Positions 1 to 10,541 of a stretch of 64,000 bases of DNA are shown here, one piece after another (the stretch's first letter is position 1; every line of letters starts with the position of its first letter). The DNA is taken from the NCBI GenBank assembly GCA_040830765.1, contig JBFOMH010000017.1, positions 192,001-256,000 of the forward strand. The letters are read 5' to 3'. A program made the position numbers and the translations under genes. This DNA is from Puniceicoccaceae bacterium. GTDB taxonomy: Bacteria; Verrucomicrobiota; Verrucomicrobiia; Opitutales; Oceanipulchritudinaceae. The notes under the pieces are model-generated. The model searched no databases, was not told where the DNA came from, and saw only the letters and a list, made by a program, of their open reading frames with translations.

Positions 1-3000
1 GCCCCGGCTAAATCCACTTGGGTGGCTTCCGGGAACACCTACACCTCGTCCCTCGACGGAAAGAACTACTGGTCAATGGCCATTCTGCCGGCCGGTACAC
101 CTGCGACCCTCGCCGCCGCCTGGCAGGCGTATGCCTACGTTGAGCCGGTGGACACCCAGGTCAGCTGGTCCTATGACGAGGCTACTGCGGTCCTGCGGAC
201 CGACTATACGACCACTGTCGCCATTCACGAAGGGGAGGGCACTACAGTGGTCCAAGGTCTGCTCCCGCACCAATGGGGGCATCTGGCCTCCGACGCCCCG
301 GCCTTGTCCAGCCAGTCGCTTTCCTCCATCCGGGGTGAGTTGAAGCTCCTCGCTGCCAACACCTTCGCCACCGAACGCACCTTCAAGGGGATCCTGCCGA
401 CCCTGCCGGCCCGGGCCGCGCAGAGTCCTGGCTTTGATCCCGCCCGACTGAATGAAAAAATCACCTCGATGGAAAATGACACGCTGGCCACGTGGACGGA
501 CTCCTACAACGAGGGTCAGGTCATGAACCGCCTCATCCAGACGGCCCGCATTGCCCACGAGACAGGTAATTTCACGGCCCGGGACAAGTTTATCGCGACC
601 GTCAAGGAACGCCTCGAGGACTGGCTCACCGCCGAGCCAGGCGAAGTTGCCTTCATATTCCATTATCAGCCCACCTGGACGGCCCTCCTCGGCTACCCGG
701 CCGGCCATGGGCAGGACACCAACATCAACGACCACCACTTTCATTGGGGCTACTTCATTCACGCGGCTGCCTTCATGGAGCAATTTGAGCCCGGCTGGGC
801 AGAACAGTGGGGCGGGATGATTGATCTTTTGGTCCGTGATGCCGCCAGTCCCAACCGGGACGATCCGATGTTTCCCTTCCTGCGCAACTTCAGTCCCTTC
901 GCCGGACACTGCTGGGCCAACGGATTCGCCTCTTTCCCCTTCGGCAACGACCAGGAATCGAGTTCCGAGAGTATGCAGTTCAACTCCTCCCTCATCCACT
1001 GGGGGGCAATCACCGGTAACAAGGCTATTCGCGACCTCGGTATCTACCTCTACGTCACTGAGCAGACCGCCATTGAGGAATACTGGCTCGATATCAACGA
1101 CCGGACCTTCAAGGACGGCTATGGCTACTCCCTGGTGTCCCGTATCTGGGGGAACGGCTACGACAACCAGACCTTCTGGACCAGCGACATCGCTGCGGCC
1201 TATGGCATCGAACTCTATCCCATCCATGGTGGCTCGCTCTACCTCGGCCACGACATCGAATACGCGGAAAGCCTGTGGGCCGAAATGGCCGCCAACACGG
1301 GTGTGCTGAACCAGGTGGCCAATGATAACCTCTGGCATGACATCTACTGGCAGTTCCTCGCCTTCACCGACCCGGAGGCGGCGATTGCCCTTTATGATGG
1401 CAATCCCGACCGCAACCTGAAGTTTGGCGTTTCCGACGCCCAGACCTACTACTGGCTGCATGCCATGAACGGGCTTGGTCAGGTCGATGCCGGGGTCATT
1501 GCCGATGACCCCCTGGCGGTGGTCTTCAATCGCAATGGCGAGAAGACCTATGTCGCGCACAACTACAGCACCACTCCCAAGACCGTGTCCTTTTCCGACG
1601 GGACCCTGCTGGATGTCCCGGCGAACAGCCTGGCCACGAGCGAGGATCTGCCGCTCCGCGGAACCATCACAACGCCCTTTGCGGTCGCCCCGGCGGGCAA
1701 CAGTGTGCCCCTCGAACTGAGCCTAACCGGTGACACCTCCTCCCTCACCGCTGTCGAGTTTTTCGATGGACCGACCTCCATCGGCACCCTCACGGAAGCG
1801 CCCTTTGTCCTCCAGACGGGTGCTCTCGGGGTGGGGGTCCATACCTTCCGGGCACGACTCTACGCCGGCGAAAAGTTCACCGACTCCGGCCTGGCCTCCG
1901 TCCGGGTGGGGGATAGCTTCCCCTACACCGGGACACCGATTGCCATTCCCGGCAGCTTTGATGCCGGTGACTACGACTGGTTCGAGGGCGGTTCCGGACA
2001 GGACATCACCTACTTCGATTCCTCTATTGGTAACAACGGGGACTATCGTACCGGTGAATCGGTCGATACTGCATGGGATACCAATGAGGGTGCCGTGGTC
2101 GGTTGGATTGGCGATGGCGAATGGATAGACTACACTGTCCAGGTCGCCTCCAGCGGGCTTTACGAGGTCAGCTTCCGCTATGCCTCCGACAACGACGCCG
2201 GTGGCGGGCCGTTCTATTTTGAATTGGACGGGCGGCGGGCCAGTGGCGATATCACCGTCGCCTCTACTGGAGACTGGAGTACTTTCTCTACCAGGGTGGC
2301 CGGCAACATTGAGCTCCGCGAAGGGCGGCATGTCCTGCGGATTCACTTCAGCCGGGGCGAGTTCAACCTCGGGGAATTGACCTTTACCCGCACCGGCGAT
2401 TTGCCCTATGACCCGCCGGTAGCGGATGCCGGGATGGATTTCATAACGCCGCCCGGCAGCACCAGGGTCGATGGCTCTGGCAGTACTGCGCCATCCGGCG
2501 GTTCCCTTTCCTACGCATGGGAGCAACTCGCCGGCCCCTCTGTGGCAACCATTGTCGATCCGGATTCTGCGGATACGCACATTTCCGGTTTGAATATTTC
2601 CGGTCTCTATCGCTTCCGCCTGACCGTTGATGACGGTGCCCGCGACGATTTCGATGACGTTGAAATCTTTGTCGGCAGCCCCATCAACCGTCCGCCGACA
2701 GCCTCCATTCTCAGTCCGGCCAATGGCTCTGTGGGCGTTGCCGGCCAGCCGCTGGTGGTAACCGTTGCAGCTAACGACCCGGAGGGCGAAGTGGCTCTCG
2801 TCGAGCTGTTCAATGGCGATGTCCTTCTTGGGACCCTGAACGCGCCCCCCTACGCATTTGAATGGTATCCGCCTGTCGGGTCACACAGCCTGACGGCCCG
2901 GGTGACCGACGCTGAGAACCTCACGGCGAGTTCAACACCTGTCAGCTTTACCGCCAATCCTCCCTTGCCCTGTACCCGGACCTCCGCCAGCGGGGATTTC

Positions 3001-3705
3001 GAGTACGTCTTCTCGGACGACCTCAATAACCCAACCCTGACCTTTGTCCCGCTGCGGGCGGGTGTCGGGTCGAGCCTCATCCTCTTTTACTATGGAACTG
3101 GCGGCGGTCCCAAGCCGGGCTATTCCATTACCGCCAACACGCCCTTCAGGCTCAATGCGACCGAGGGCCAGACCATCGGGTTCTACTTCACCTACAACGT
3201 CCCGGAGGGCGGCGAGCGCAATACCCTTGGTGAAAACATGGCCTACACCATCGGGACCTGCGCCGAGTCCGTGGCCGTGGACCCGGATGTTGCCCTGCTG
3301 GACTGGCGTACCGCCCACTTTGATCCGGCTGACCTTGCCGATTCCGAACTGGAGGCAACCCTCTGGGGCGATGCCGCGGACCCGGAAGGGGACACCGTGG
3401 CCAACCTCATTGAGTTCTCCACTGGGAGTGACCCTGTAATGGAGTCCTCGCTACCGCTGCAGTGGCAGGTCAGTCCGGTCGACGGCAAGCTGCGGGTTCG
3501 CTTCCACCGGCGCGCCGAGCTTCCGGAGAGCTGGTTGCGGCTGCAATGGTCGGCCGACCTCGTGACCTGGAGCAGCGAAAACGTGCAGTTGACCGTGGTC
3601 AGTCTTCAGGACGGGTTCGAGCTCGTCGAGGCCAGTATCGGAAATCTCGATACCAACGGGGCACCAGTCCACGTCCGCCTCGTTGCCAGCCAGGGCGGAC
3701 TCTGA
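1..3705 (+). CDS. Multimodular GH81 endo-1,3-beta-glucanase (5'-truncated): GH81 catalytic domain, Ig-like, CBM6-like, PKD, Ig-like, CBM56-like and C-terminal anchoring-type domain
   Basis: Frame is open from base 1 (APAKSTWVASG...). GH81 motifs NDHHFHWGYF and GNDQESSSES are present, as are a CBM6-like segment (VGWIGDGEWIDYTV...TGDWSTF) and a PKD-like segment (PPVADAG...YRFRLTVDDG). Confidence 0.85.
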   Translation, partial: APAKSTWVASGNTYTSSLDGKNYWSMAILPAGTPATLAAAWQAYAYVEPVDTQVSWSYDEATAVLRTDYTTTVAIHEGEGTTVVQGLLPHQWGHLASDAPALSSQSLSSIRGELKLLAANTFATERTFKGILPTLPARAAQSPGFDPARLNEKITSMENDTLATWTDSYNEGQVMNRLIQTARIAHETGNFTARDKFIATVKERLEDWLTAEPGEVAFIFHYQPTWTALLGYPAGHGQDTNINDHHFHWGYFIHAAAFMEQFEPGWAEQWGGMIDLLVRDAASPNRDDPMFPFLRNFSPFAGHCWANGFASFPFGNDQESSSESMQFNSSLIHWGAITGNKAIRDLGIYLYVTEQTAIEEYWLDINDRTFKDGYGYSLVSRIWGNGYDNQTFWTSDIAAAYGIELYPIHGGSLYLGHDIEYAESLWAEMAANTGVLNQVANDNLWHDIYWQFLAFTDPEAAIALYDGNPDRNLKFGVSDAQTYYWLHAMNGLGQVDAGVIADDPLAVVFNRNGEKTYVAHNYSTTPKTVSFSDGTLLDVPANSLATSEDLPLRGTITTPFAVAPAGNSVPLELSLTGDTSSLTAVEFFDGPTSIGTLTEAPFVLQTGALGVGVHTFRARLYAGEKFTDSGLASVRVGDSFPYTGTPIAIPGSFDAGDYDWFEGGSGQDITYFDSSIGNNGDYRTGESVDTAWDTNEGAVVGWIGDGEWIDYTVQVASSGLYEVSFRYASDNDAGGGPFYFELDGRRASGDITVASTGDWSTFSTRVAGNIELREGRHVLRIHFSRGEFNLGELTFTRTGDLPYDPPVADAGMDFITPPGSTRVDGSGSTAPSGGSLSYAWEQLAGPSVATIVDPDSADTHISGLNISGLYRFRLTVDDGARDDFDDVEIFVGSPINRPPTASILSPANGSVGVAGQPLVVTVAANDPEGEVALVELFNGDVLLGTLNAPPYAFEWYPPVGSHSLTARVTDAENLTASSTPVSFTANPPLPCTRTSASGDFEYVFSDDLNNPTLTFVPLRAGVGSSLILFYYGTGGGPKPGYSITANTPFRLNATEGQTIGFYFTYNVPEGGERNTLGENMAYTIGTCAESVAVDPDVALLDWRTAHFDPADLADSELEATLWGDAADPEGDTVANLIEFSTGSDPVMESSLPLQWQVSPVDGKLRVRFHRRAELPESWLRLQWSADLVTWSSENVQLTVVSLQDGFELVEASIGNLDTNGAPVHVRLVASQGGL

Positions 3706-3721
3706 CCAAGCCCCGTAATCC

Positions 3722-4906
3722 CTACAAGAGAAAAGAGCCAGCCCCGCCGCAGAGCAGCACCAGCAGCCACGGTGGTGTCGGGGTGAAGCGAAGGAGTCCA
3801 AACGCAACCAGGGCAAAGGCGAGGCGGGTGGAGTCGGTCACCGAGCTGGTCCAGATGGGATCATGGAACGCTGCCACGAGCAGGCCCACTACCGCGGCGT
3901 TGGTTCCCATCAGGGCAGCACGGGCACTGGCGAACGTCCGCAGCCGTTCCCAGTAGGGCAGCGCCCCAAGGACCAGCAGCCAGGAGGGAACGTAAATCAT
4001 TACCAATGCCAGCAGAGCGCCGATGATTCCACCCGGGCCGATGGAAAGGGATCCGCCAAGGAAGGCCGAGAAGGTGAAGAGGGGCCCGGGAACGGCCTGC
4101 ACGGCCCCGTATCCGGCGAGAAAGGTGTCTTCGGTAACCCAGCCAGGGTTCACCGTGTAAGCATCCAGCAGTGGCAATACAACATGCCCTCCACCGAAGA
4201 CCAGTGAACCGGCCCGGTAAAAGGCATCGCTGACGGCCAGCCACGCCGCGGGGTGAAATTCCCTGAGAACCGGCAATCCCAGCAATAAGACCGCAAAGGC
4301 AGCGAGGTACAACCACGCCTTGCCAGTAGCTGTTTCATGGGGCGGGTTGTCCGATTGTTGAGCATCCTCCCGCAGGAGGACAAGACCGGCCAGTGCCCCG
4401 GCCCCTATGACCGCGACTTGCCAGAGGGGATGGTCCACCACAACCAGCCAGGCCGCCCCGGCAAGCGCCATCAGCGCCCGTTTCCGGTCCGGGCAAAGCT
4501 TGGTTGCCATATTCCAGATCGCATTGGCCACCACAGCCACAGCCGCCAGCTTGAGGCCGCTGATCCAGCCGGCATTGCCGATATCACCCAAGGCGGCCAG
4601 GCCAAGGGCGAAGCCTATCATCAAAACAGCCGAGGGAAGGGTGAATCCGGTCCAGGCAAGAAAGGCCCCGGCCAATCCGCCCCGCTTCAAGCCAATGGCA
4701 AAACCCACCTGGCTGCTGGCCGGGCCGGGCAGGAACTGGCACAGGGCGACGAGGTCCGCATATTCTGCCTCCTGCAGCCACTTGCGCCTCCGGACGAATT
4801 CCTCCTGGAAGAAGCCCAGGTGTGCCACCGGACCACCAAAGGCCGTGCAGCCCAGCTTAAGGAAGCTGAGAAAGATGGTGCCTCGCGATGACCGTTGCTC
4901 CGGCAT
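3722..4906 (-). CDS. chrA: Chromate efflux transporter (long-chain CHR family)
   Basis: Two CHR halves with FLKLGCTAFGGPVAHL, LPGPASSQ, GSLVFGGGHVVLPLL and AVPGPLFT motifs. Confidence 0.9.
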   Translation of the reverse strand: MPEQRSSRGTIFLSFLKLGCTAFGGPVAHLGFFQEEFVRRRKWLQEAEYADLVALCQFLPGPASSQVGFAIGLKRGGLAGAFLAWTGFTLPSAVLMIGFALGLAALGDIGNAGWISGLKLAAVAVVANAIWNMATKLCPDRKRALMALAGAAWLVVVDHPLWQVAVIGAGALAGLVLLREDAQQSDNPPHETATGKAWLYLAAFAVLLLGLPVLREFHPAAWLAVSDAFYRAGSLVFGGGHVVLPLLDAYTVNPGWVTEDTFLAGYGAVQAVPGPLFTFSAFLGGSLSIGPGGIIGALLALVMIYVPSWLLVLGALPYWERLRTFASARAALMGTNAAVVGLLVAAFHDPIWTSSVTDSTRLAFALVAFGLLRFTPTPPWLLVLLCGGAGSFLL

Positions 4907-4915
4907 GGACTGACT

Positions 4916-6310
4916 CTATTCCTTGGTCGTTTCCCGTCCGAGCCCGGTCACCGCCGCAGCGAACATGACGACGACCAGGAACCAGCCATGGAAGACAAAC
5001 ATCCACACATCGGTCGGATTGACCACGGGCAACTTGGGATAATTTTCCGTCAGGGTGGTCAGGGTGACATAGCCGATGAGCACCCCGCCTCCCCAGGGGA
5101 AGATGTAACCCAGCGCGGAGGTGATGGCATCAAGCAGGTTGGCCCGGCGGTAGGGATGGATTTTCAGCTTCTTGCCGATCTCACTGACCATGGGCGCCGC
5201 GGCAATTTCCGCGGCCGTGTTCACGGTGATAAAGACATTCAGGGTGGCCACGAAGCTGCAGATGACCAGCTCCGCCCGGCGGACCGAATCCTTGATGAAG
5301 CTGAAGGCGATTTCCTGGATTTTCCCGAAGGCCCCACCGACCATCATGATGTGACTGGCGGAGAGGATCAGCAGGGTCAGGACCGCCATGTCCACGTAAC
5401 CGCCAATGCCCTCGGTCAGGGCTCCATCCAAGGTTCCCGCGGCAGCATTGATATGAACAATGTCCTGCAGGGTTCCAAGGCCGGTCAGGAGGATGACCGC
5501 GACGGCGACCACCAGGCCCACTGTAATGGAGACAATGATGTGATGGTGCCGCATGGCCAGGAAGATGACCAATGCGAAGGGGACGAGGAGGACCAAGCCG
5601 GTCGGGGAAACGTTGTCGGCCAGCGACTGGTTGGCCAGTTTGATTTCCTCGGTTGCCCCGCCGAGAAAGACGAATAGCAGCAGGGCGGGAATGGCTGCTG
5701 TGATGGCATACTTGAAACGGGATCGGACAACACCCGGGATATCCGTCTCCTGGGTCGTGGCGGAGACGATGGTGGTGTCGGAGACCGGGGCGAGATTATC
5801 CCCGAAGGCGGCCCCCGAGAGGATGGCCCCGAACATGAAGACAGGCTCCGCCCCGAGGACGATGCCTGCCGGATACATCAGTGTACAGAAGGCGACAGTG
5901 GTCCCATAGCCGGTGCCGACGGCTGATGAAAAGAGGGCGGCGAGAAGAAAGGTGACCCCGACATAGAGTCCTCCCTGGACGTTGGATGCCATACCCAGCC
6001 AGACAAGCCCATCGACCAGTCCGCCGGCCCGTAATACCTGGGCAAACATGCCCGCCCACAGCCAGGCAACGATGGTCACGCTACCGATGCGGTTGGCCAT
6101 GCCGGTAAAGATGGCTTCGCAGTAGTCCCAGCGACTGCCCTTGACCAGGGCCATGGCCAGTCCGAGACCGATGATGATCCCCAGAGCTAATCCTCTCACG
6201 TCCGGCGCACCGCGCAGGCAGATGGTGATCGCCCAGATGATGAAGAAGACCATGGGGAGGGCAGATATCGCCACTCCTCCGCGAAATACGAGGGGTTTGT
6301 TTCCGTCCAT
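4916..6310 (-). CDS. Na+/H+ antiporter NhaC-family transporter (substrate possibly an amino acid); start may extend to 6346
   Basis: Polytopic membrane protein with GTGYGTT and GAAFGDNLAPVSDTT motifs typical of the NhaC family. Confidence 0.75.
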   Translation of the reverse strand: MDGNKPLVFRGGVAISALPMVFFIIWAITICLRGAPDVRGLALGIIIGLGLAMALVKGSRWDYCEAIFTGMANRIGSVTIVAWLWAGMFAQVLRAGGLVDGLVWLGMASNVQGGLYVGVTFLLAALFSSAVGTGYGTTVAFCTLMYPAGIVLGAEPVFMFGAILSGAAFGDNLAPVSDTTIVSATTQETDIPGVVRSRFKYAITAAIPALLLFVFLGGATEEIKLANQSLADNVSPTGLVLLVPFALVIFLAMRHHHIIVSITVGLVVAVAVILLTGLGTLQDIVHINAAAGTLDGALTEGIGGYVDMAVLTLLILSASHIMMVGGAFGKIQEIAFSFIKDSVRRAELVICSFVATLNVFITVNTAAEIAAAPMVSEIGKKLKIHPYRRANLLDAITSALGYIFPWGGGVLIGYVTLTTLTENYPKLPVVNPTDVWMFVFHGWFLVVVMFAAAVTGLGRETTKE

Positions 6311-6438
6311 GGTCGGGAGATTGGCAATTCTGTCCTTCGTTGGCAATCCGTTCCCTCTGCCTAAGGGTTAAAGGACAGTCAGCTCGTTTCCGTCTGGCAC
6401 CTTTCCCGCCTTGTAGTCCATTTCGACCGACTCCGGTG

Positions 6439-6495
6439 TTGACATGCAAATTTCATATGCATAAAAATATATTTCATTATTTCATATGAAATAAT
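6439..6495 (+). promoter_or_regulatory. Putative sigma70 promoter with a palindromic operator upstream of the TonB-dependent receptor
   Basis: TTGACA at 6439-6444, an AT-rich -10 region near 6462-6468, and a perfect 20-bp palindrome ATTATTTCATATGAAATAAT at 6476-6495. Confidence 0.6.
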
Positions 6496-6580
6496 ATACA
6501 ATTTCCCCCTTGCTTAGGCGCTTCACCCAAACCAAGGGAAACCCATCCGATATAACCCATAAATACCCTAAACCCATCCG

Positions 6581-9500
6581 ATGCCTAAGATTAGCGGCAT
6601 TCTCACCATTTTTACCGCAATCCTGCCTTTCGCCCTTCCCCTGGCAGCCCAGGTGCCTGAAACAGGCACTATTGAAGGTCGTGTTTTCAATGAAATAACG
6701 AGGCGTTATGTCGTCAAGGCAGAGATCATGGTCGAAGGTACCCCGATCCGGGCCTTCAGTAATGAGTTCGGCGAATTTTCCCTGCGCAATGTGCCGGTTG
6801 GCCAGCAGGCGGTTACGGCATCCTTCACCGGGTTGGTTTCAAAGACAGTCCGGGTACAGGTCCAATCCGGTGAACCGGCTACTGCGAATTTCCGCTTTGA
6901 TCAACGAGTTGGCAGTGCGGAGACCATCTTTGAACTGGAGGAATTTGTCGTCAATGCGGACAACTTCCAGAGCATGGAGGAACTGGCCATCCATCAGGAG
7001 CGGCATTCGGTCAACTTGAAGCACGTTGTCTCGACGGAGGCTTACGGCATTGTCAGCCAGGGAAACATCGGGGAATTCGTAAAGTACATGCCCGGGGTGA
7101 CCATTGGTTATGGAGGCAGCAATGTGGCAGGAGGAACGTATGCTTCCGGTGCCGATGCCAATACCATCCAGATACGTGGTTTCAGCGCGCGCGAAACAAC
7201 GATCACCATTGACGGGATGCCGATTGCCAATGCCGCTCCCGGCACCCTCGATCCGGCCGTCGGGCTGGACATGATGTCGATCAACAATGCCGCACGGGTC
7301 GAGGTCATCAAGGTCCCGTCGCCGGACCAGCCAAACGCGGGAGTTGGAGGCACCGTCAACCTGATCAGCATGTCCGCCTTCGAGTATCCGAAACCGACCC
7401 TGCGGTTTCGCGTCTACCTGAGCATGAACTCGGAACAACTGGACATCTTTTCCAAAACCCCGGGGCCGATGAACAAGCCGACCTACAAGGCCCTGCCGAG
7501 TTTTAACATGACCTACGCGCATCCCTTTTCCGATCGCTTGGGCATATCGGTGACGCTGGCCTCTGACAATCAGGCCAACGCCAACTACACCCTGAAATCG
7601 AGAGTGCGCCGTCGCCCGGAGGATGGCAGGCCAACCCGGCGAACGGAATCGTCCGGATTCAAGATGGGTGGTGAGGACTTCAGCTACTGGCTGGTCAACG
7701 ATCCGCACTTTGAATCGTGGCAGGCAACCTACGGTGAGGACTGGACTCAATGGACCGAGGAGCAGTTTCTCGAAATGTACAGCTCTTCCGGGGCCAGCAG
7801 TTCGTTGGTAGAGACGCGCATGCGGCAGGTCAAACGGCTGCCACGCTATGACCAGCAGGGCAATCTCGTCGGTGCCTGGGCCCCATCGGACAAGGAGGCT
7901 TTTGAAGAGGAGCTTCCGTTATACTATGACGAGGAAGGTAATCTCGTTGGCCGTGTATTCAACGATTGGGGACATCCCTACGTGAACCGTGTCCAGGTCA
8001 CTGATTCGCCGCGTATTGCGCACCGGAACTCGGCGGCCTTCAAGGTGGACTGGCGGCCCATCGACGGATTCCTCCTTTCGGCCAATTACCAGATCTCGAC
8101 TTTCAATGATGAGGATGCCAATCGCCGGGTGCACCAGATTTCCGGGACGCCGGCGGAATACGGACCAAACTACCTTCTGAGCAATGACGGCGGTGTTCGT
8201 CTCGATACGGACGCCTTCGAGCGGGAAGGCATTACCCACAGCGCTTACATCAAAGCCAGTTATATCAAGGGACCTTGGGACATCCGCGGAAATCTCGGTT
8301 TTTCAACATCCAACAGTGACCTCCTTTCGGAAGAAAACGGCCATTTTTCAGTGATTGAAGTGAACATGGGAGGAATCGATTTCACTGAGTTTCTCGATAT
8401 CGACAAGGATGGCGTTCCGGGCAGTATCAATTACTATCGCAACCTGACAGACGGGGACGGAAACGTAACCGGCCGGGAGTTGATCGACATTGGCAATCTC
8501 TCCAACTACAGAATTGCCAACTTCGATCCGGACAATCCCAATGCGGGTACCCTGAAGGTCCGGTCCGGAGGGATTCGTTCCGAAAGCACGGTCAAGAGTG
8601 CCAAGCTGGATGTTCGGAGAGACCTCGACTTTATCCCGCGAAGCCTGATGCACCTTGCCATCAAGGTAGGGTTCGATTGGGAAGAACGGGAGAATATCAA
8701 GTCGGGTCGTGGAGTGAACTACGAGTACGTCTACCTCGGTGAGGAGGGCAAAGTTCTTTCACTCGCTGACTTTCGTGACGAGAAGTACCTCGGGGTGCAA
8801 CCCGGCTTCGGGCTCGACCCGCTTGAGTGGCCGGATCCTTTTGCCCTCTACCGGTATGCCCAGGAGTACCCGGGAGCCTTCAGTGATACCGACGACACAG
8901 TCCCGACCGGTTCTGGAGAGATGTCGGTGGCCGGGCACAACTACCTGGAACAAGTCAACACCTCCAAGTCCCTCACGGAGACCAAGTATGCCTACTATGG
9001 GCAATTGGAAGCAGACTTTTTCAACAACCGCTTGTCCATCGTTGGCGGCTTTCGCATGGGCTATGCCGAACGAAAGGGCTATGACCGTGGACAGGATAAT
9101 TTCTGGAACTACCTCCATTTCGACTATGACGAAAACGGTGATGGCATCCGGGACGTCTTCAAGGATTACGGGGACATTGAGATCGATCCCACCTATAACA
9201 CCGATATCATCGGGGAGTTCGATGTAACGGGCCCGCTCATTCTCCTGAGCGCATTGCGCACCCAGCGCGTCAATTCCTTTGACCAGCTGACGCCGGAATC
9301 CCAGCAGCGAATCCTGACCTGGTATGGCTATTATGAACAGGCGGGAGCCGTCTATGCGGACGGAGCCCCATTTATCGCCTCGGAGTTCGATCCCATCAAG
9401 AAGGGCTCCCTGAGGGCCACTCAATTCCAGTACCTCAAGGACTTCCCCATCAACCAGAAAGCCCAGGGTAAGCCGCAACCCATCATCAGCGCGGCCTATG

Positions 9501-10498
9501 ACATTACCGACAACCTCGTGGCCCGGGTATCCTGGTCAACCACGTATTCAAATCCTCCCTACGAATCGAGTGAGGGCGCTGGGGGAACATTGCGACGGGT
9601 ACAATTTATCGAGAATCCCGATGGCAGCGGAAGTATGTTTGTCACCAATCCCGAGTTGGAAATCTCCAAGACGGTAGGTTGGGACGTCGGACTCAGTTAT
9701 TACACCGATAGTGGCGGCAAGTATTCCATCACACTTTATCATCGCGAGGAGGAAGGAAGGCCCATTGACGTCTCCTACTCGCAAAGCGGCTCACTCGATG
9801 CCTGGGACTTCGTCATGGATTCCCTTGGGTACGGCCCCGGCAGTTATTTCTACGACAACGACTGGTCCGTCCGCACGTCGATCAATGCTGACGGAACGTT
9901 CATTGACTACGGATATGAGCTTGAAGGGCGGCAGGATCTCAGGAGCCTCGGTAACTGGGGGAAGTATGTCTACGTCTATGGAACTTTCTTCCAGCAGTTC
10001 CAAAAGGCCGGAAGCGTTCCCGAGGACGAGGAAGGCGATTTCAATATCTCCCTCAGCAATGAAAAGCGCATCAATGCCGCGGGCGGGATCAATATTGCCT
10101 ACAAGCGGCTGGAATTCAGGGTGAATGCCACCTGGCGCAATGAGCGGACACAGGATGGCGATGATGCCCTGATTAATGCCATCTTCTGGGATGATGCCAC
10201 CGTCGGGAATCCGGGATGGTACACCCCGAGTCCTGATGATGACGAGGTGGACGCCTATGAGAAGCGGATGCGACTGGTCCGGCCGGCGAGCCTGCAGGTG
10301 GACCTCTCCGCCAAGTTCCGCCTGACCAAGCACCTGACCCTTGATTTCTCGGCACGGAATATCACCCAGGATTATCCGGAGCCAATCTACGTCCGTGAAG
10401 ACGGGACGAAACTGCCATTCCTGGGTCATCTCCATGACGGAACGGAAAAGTCCCTCTACGGCATCAATTTCACGCTGGGCATCAGCGGTGTTTATTGA
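6581..10498 (+). CDS. TonB-dependent outer-membrane receptor with N-terminal carboxypeptidase-regulatory-like domain and plug
   Basis: Signal peptide; GTIEGRV...GEFSLRNVPVG N-domain; plug motifs NIGEFVKYMPGV, IQIRG and RVEVIK...GGTVNL; amphipathic beta-strands ending in an aromatic residue (ISGVY). Confidence 0.9.
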   Translation: MPKISGILTIFTAILPFALPLAAQVPETGTIEGRVFNEITRRYVVKAEIMVEGTPIRAFSNEFGEFSLRNVPVGQQAVTASFTGLVSKTVRVQVQSGEPATANFRFDQRVGSAETIFELEEFVVNADNFQSMEELAIHQERHSVNLKHVVSTEAYGIVSQGNIGEFVKYMPGVTIGYGGSNVAGGTYASGADANTIQIRGFSARETTITIDGMPIANAAPGTLDPAVGLDMMSINNAARVEVIKVPSPDQPNAGVGGTVNLISMSAFEYPKPTLRFRVYLSMNSEQLDIFSKTPGPMNKPTYKALPSFNMTYAHPFSDRLGISVTLASDNQANANYTLKSRVRRRPEDGRPTRRTESSGFKMGGEDFSYWLVNDPHFESWQATYGEDWTQWTEEQFLEMYSSSGASSSLVETRMRQVKRLPRYDQQGNLVGAWAPSDKEAFEEELPLYYDEEGNLVGRVFNDWGHPYVNRVQVTDSPRIAHRNSAAFKVDWRPIDGFLLSANYQISTFNDEDANRRVHQISGTPAEYGPNYLLSNDGGVRLDTDAFEREGITHSAYIKASYIKGPWDIRGNLGFSTSNSDLLSEENGHFSVIEVNMGGIDFTEFLDIDKDGVPGSINYYRNLTDGDGNVTGRELIDIGNLSNYRIANFDPDNPNAGTLKVRSGGIRSESTVKSAKLDVRRDLDFIPRSLMHLAIKVGFDWEERENIKSGRGVNYEYVYLGEEGKVLSLADFRDEKYLGVQPGFGLDPLEWPDPFALYRYAQEYPGAFSDTDDTVPTGSGEMSVAGHNYLEQVNTSKSLTETKYAYYGQLEADFFNNRLSIVGGFRMGYAERKGYDRGQDNFWNYLHFDYDENGDGIRDVFKDYGDIEIDPTYNTDIIGEFDVTGPLILLSALRTQRVNSFDQLTPESQQRILTWYGYYEQAGAVYADGAPFIASEFDPIKKGSLRATQFQYLKDFPINQKAQGKPQPIISAAYDITDNLVARVSWSTTYSNPPYESSEGAGGTLRRVQFIENPDGSGSMFVTNPELEISKTVGWDVGLSYYTDSGGKYSITLYHREEEGRPIDVSYSQSGSLDAWDFVMDSLGYGPGSYFYDNDWSVRTSINADGTFIDYGYELEGRQDLRSLGNWGKYVYVYGTFFQQFQKAGSVPEDEEGDFNISLSNEKRINAAGGINIAYKRLEFRVNATWRNERTQDGDDALINAIFWDDATVGNPGWYTPSPDDDEVDAYEKRMRLVRPASLQVDLSAKFRLTKHLTLDFSARNITQDYPEPIYVREDGTKLPFLGHLHDGTEKSLYGINFTLGISGVY

Positions 10499-10541
10499 AT
10501 GTAACCAAAATTAACTACTCGAATGTAATAAAGGAAACCCA

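Noticed and set aside
6311..6435. Possible SAM or lysine riboswitch upstream of the NhaC-family gene (AAGGTGCC and GGCAGAGGGA fragments; CTGTCCTT/AAGGACAG stem)
   Set aside because: The fragments are in the wrong order for SAM-I and the core motifs are missing; an Rfam scan would be needed.
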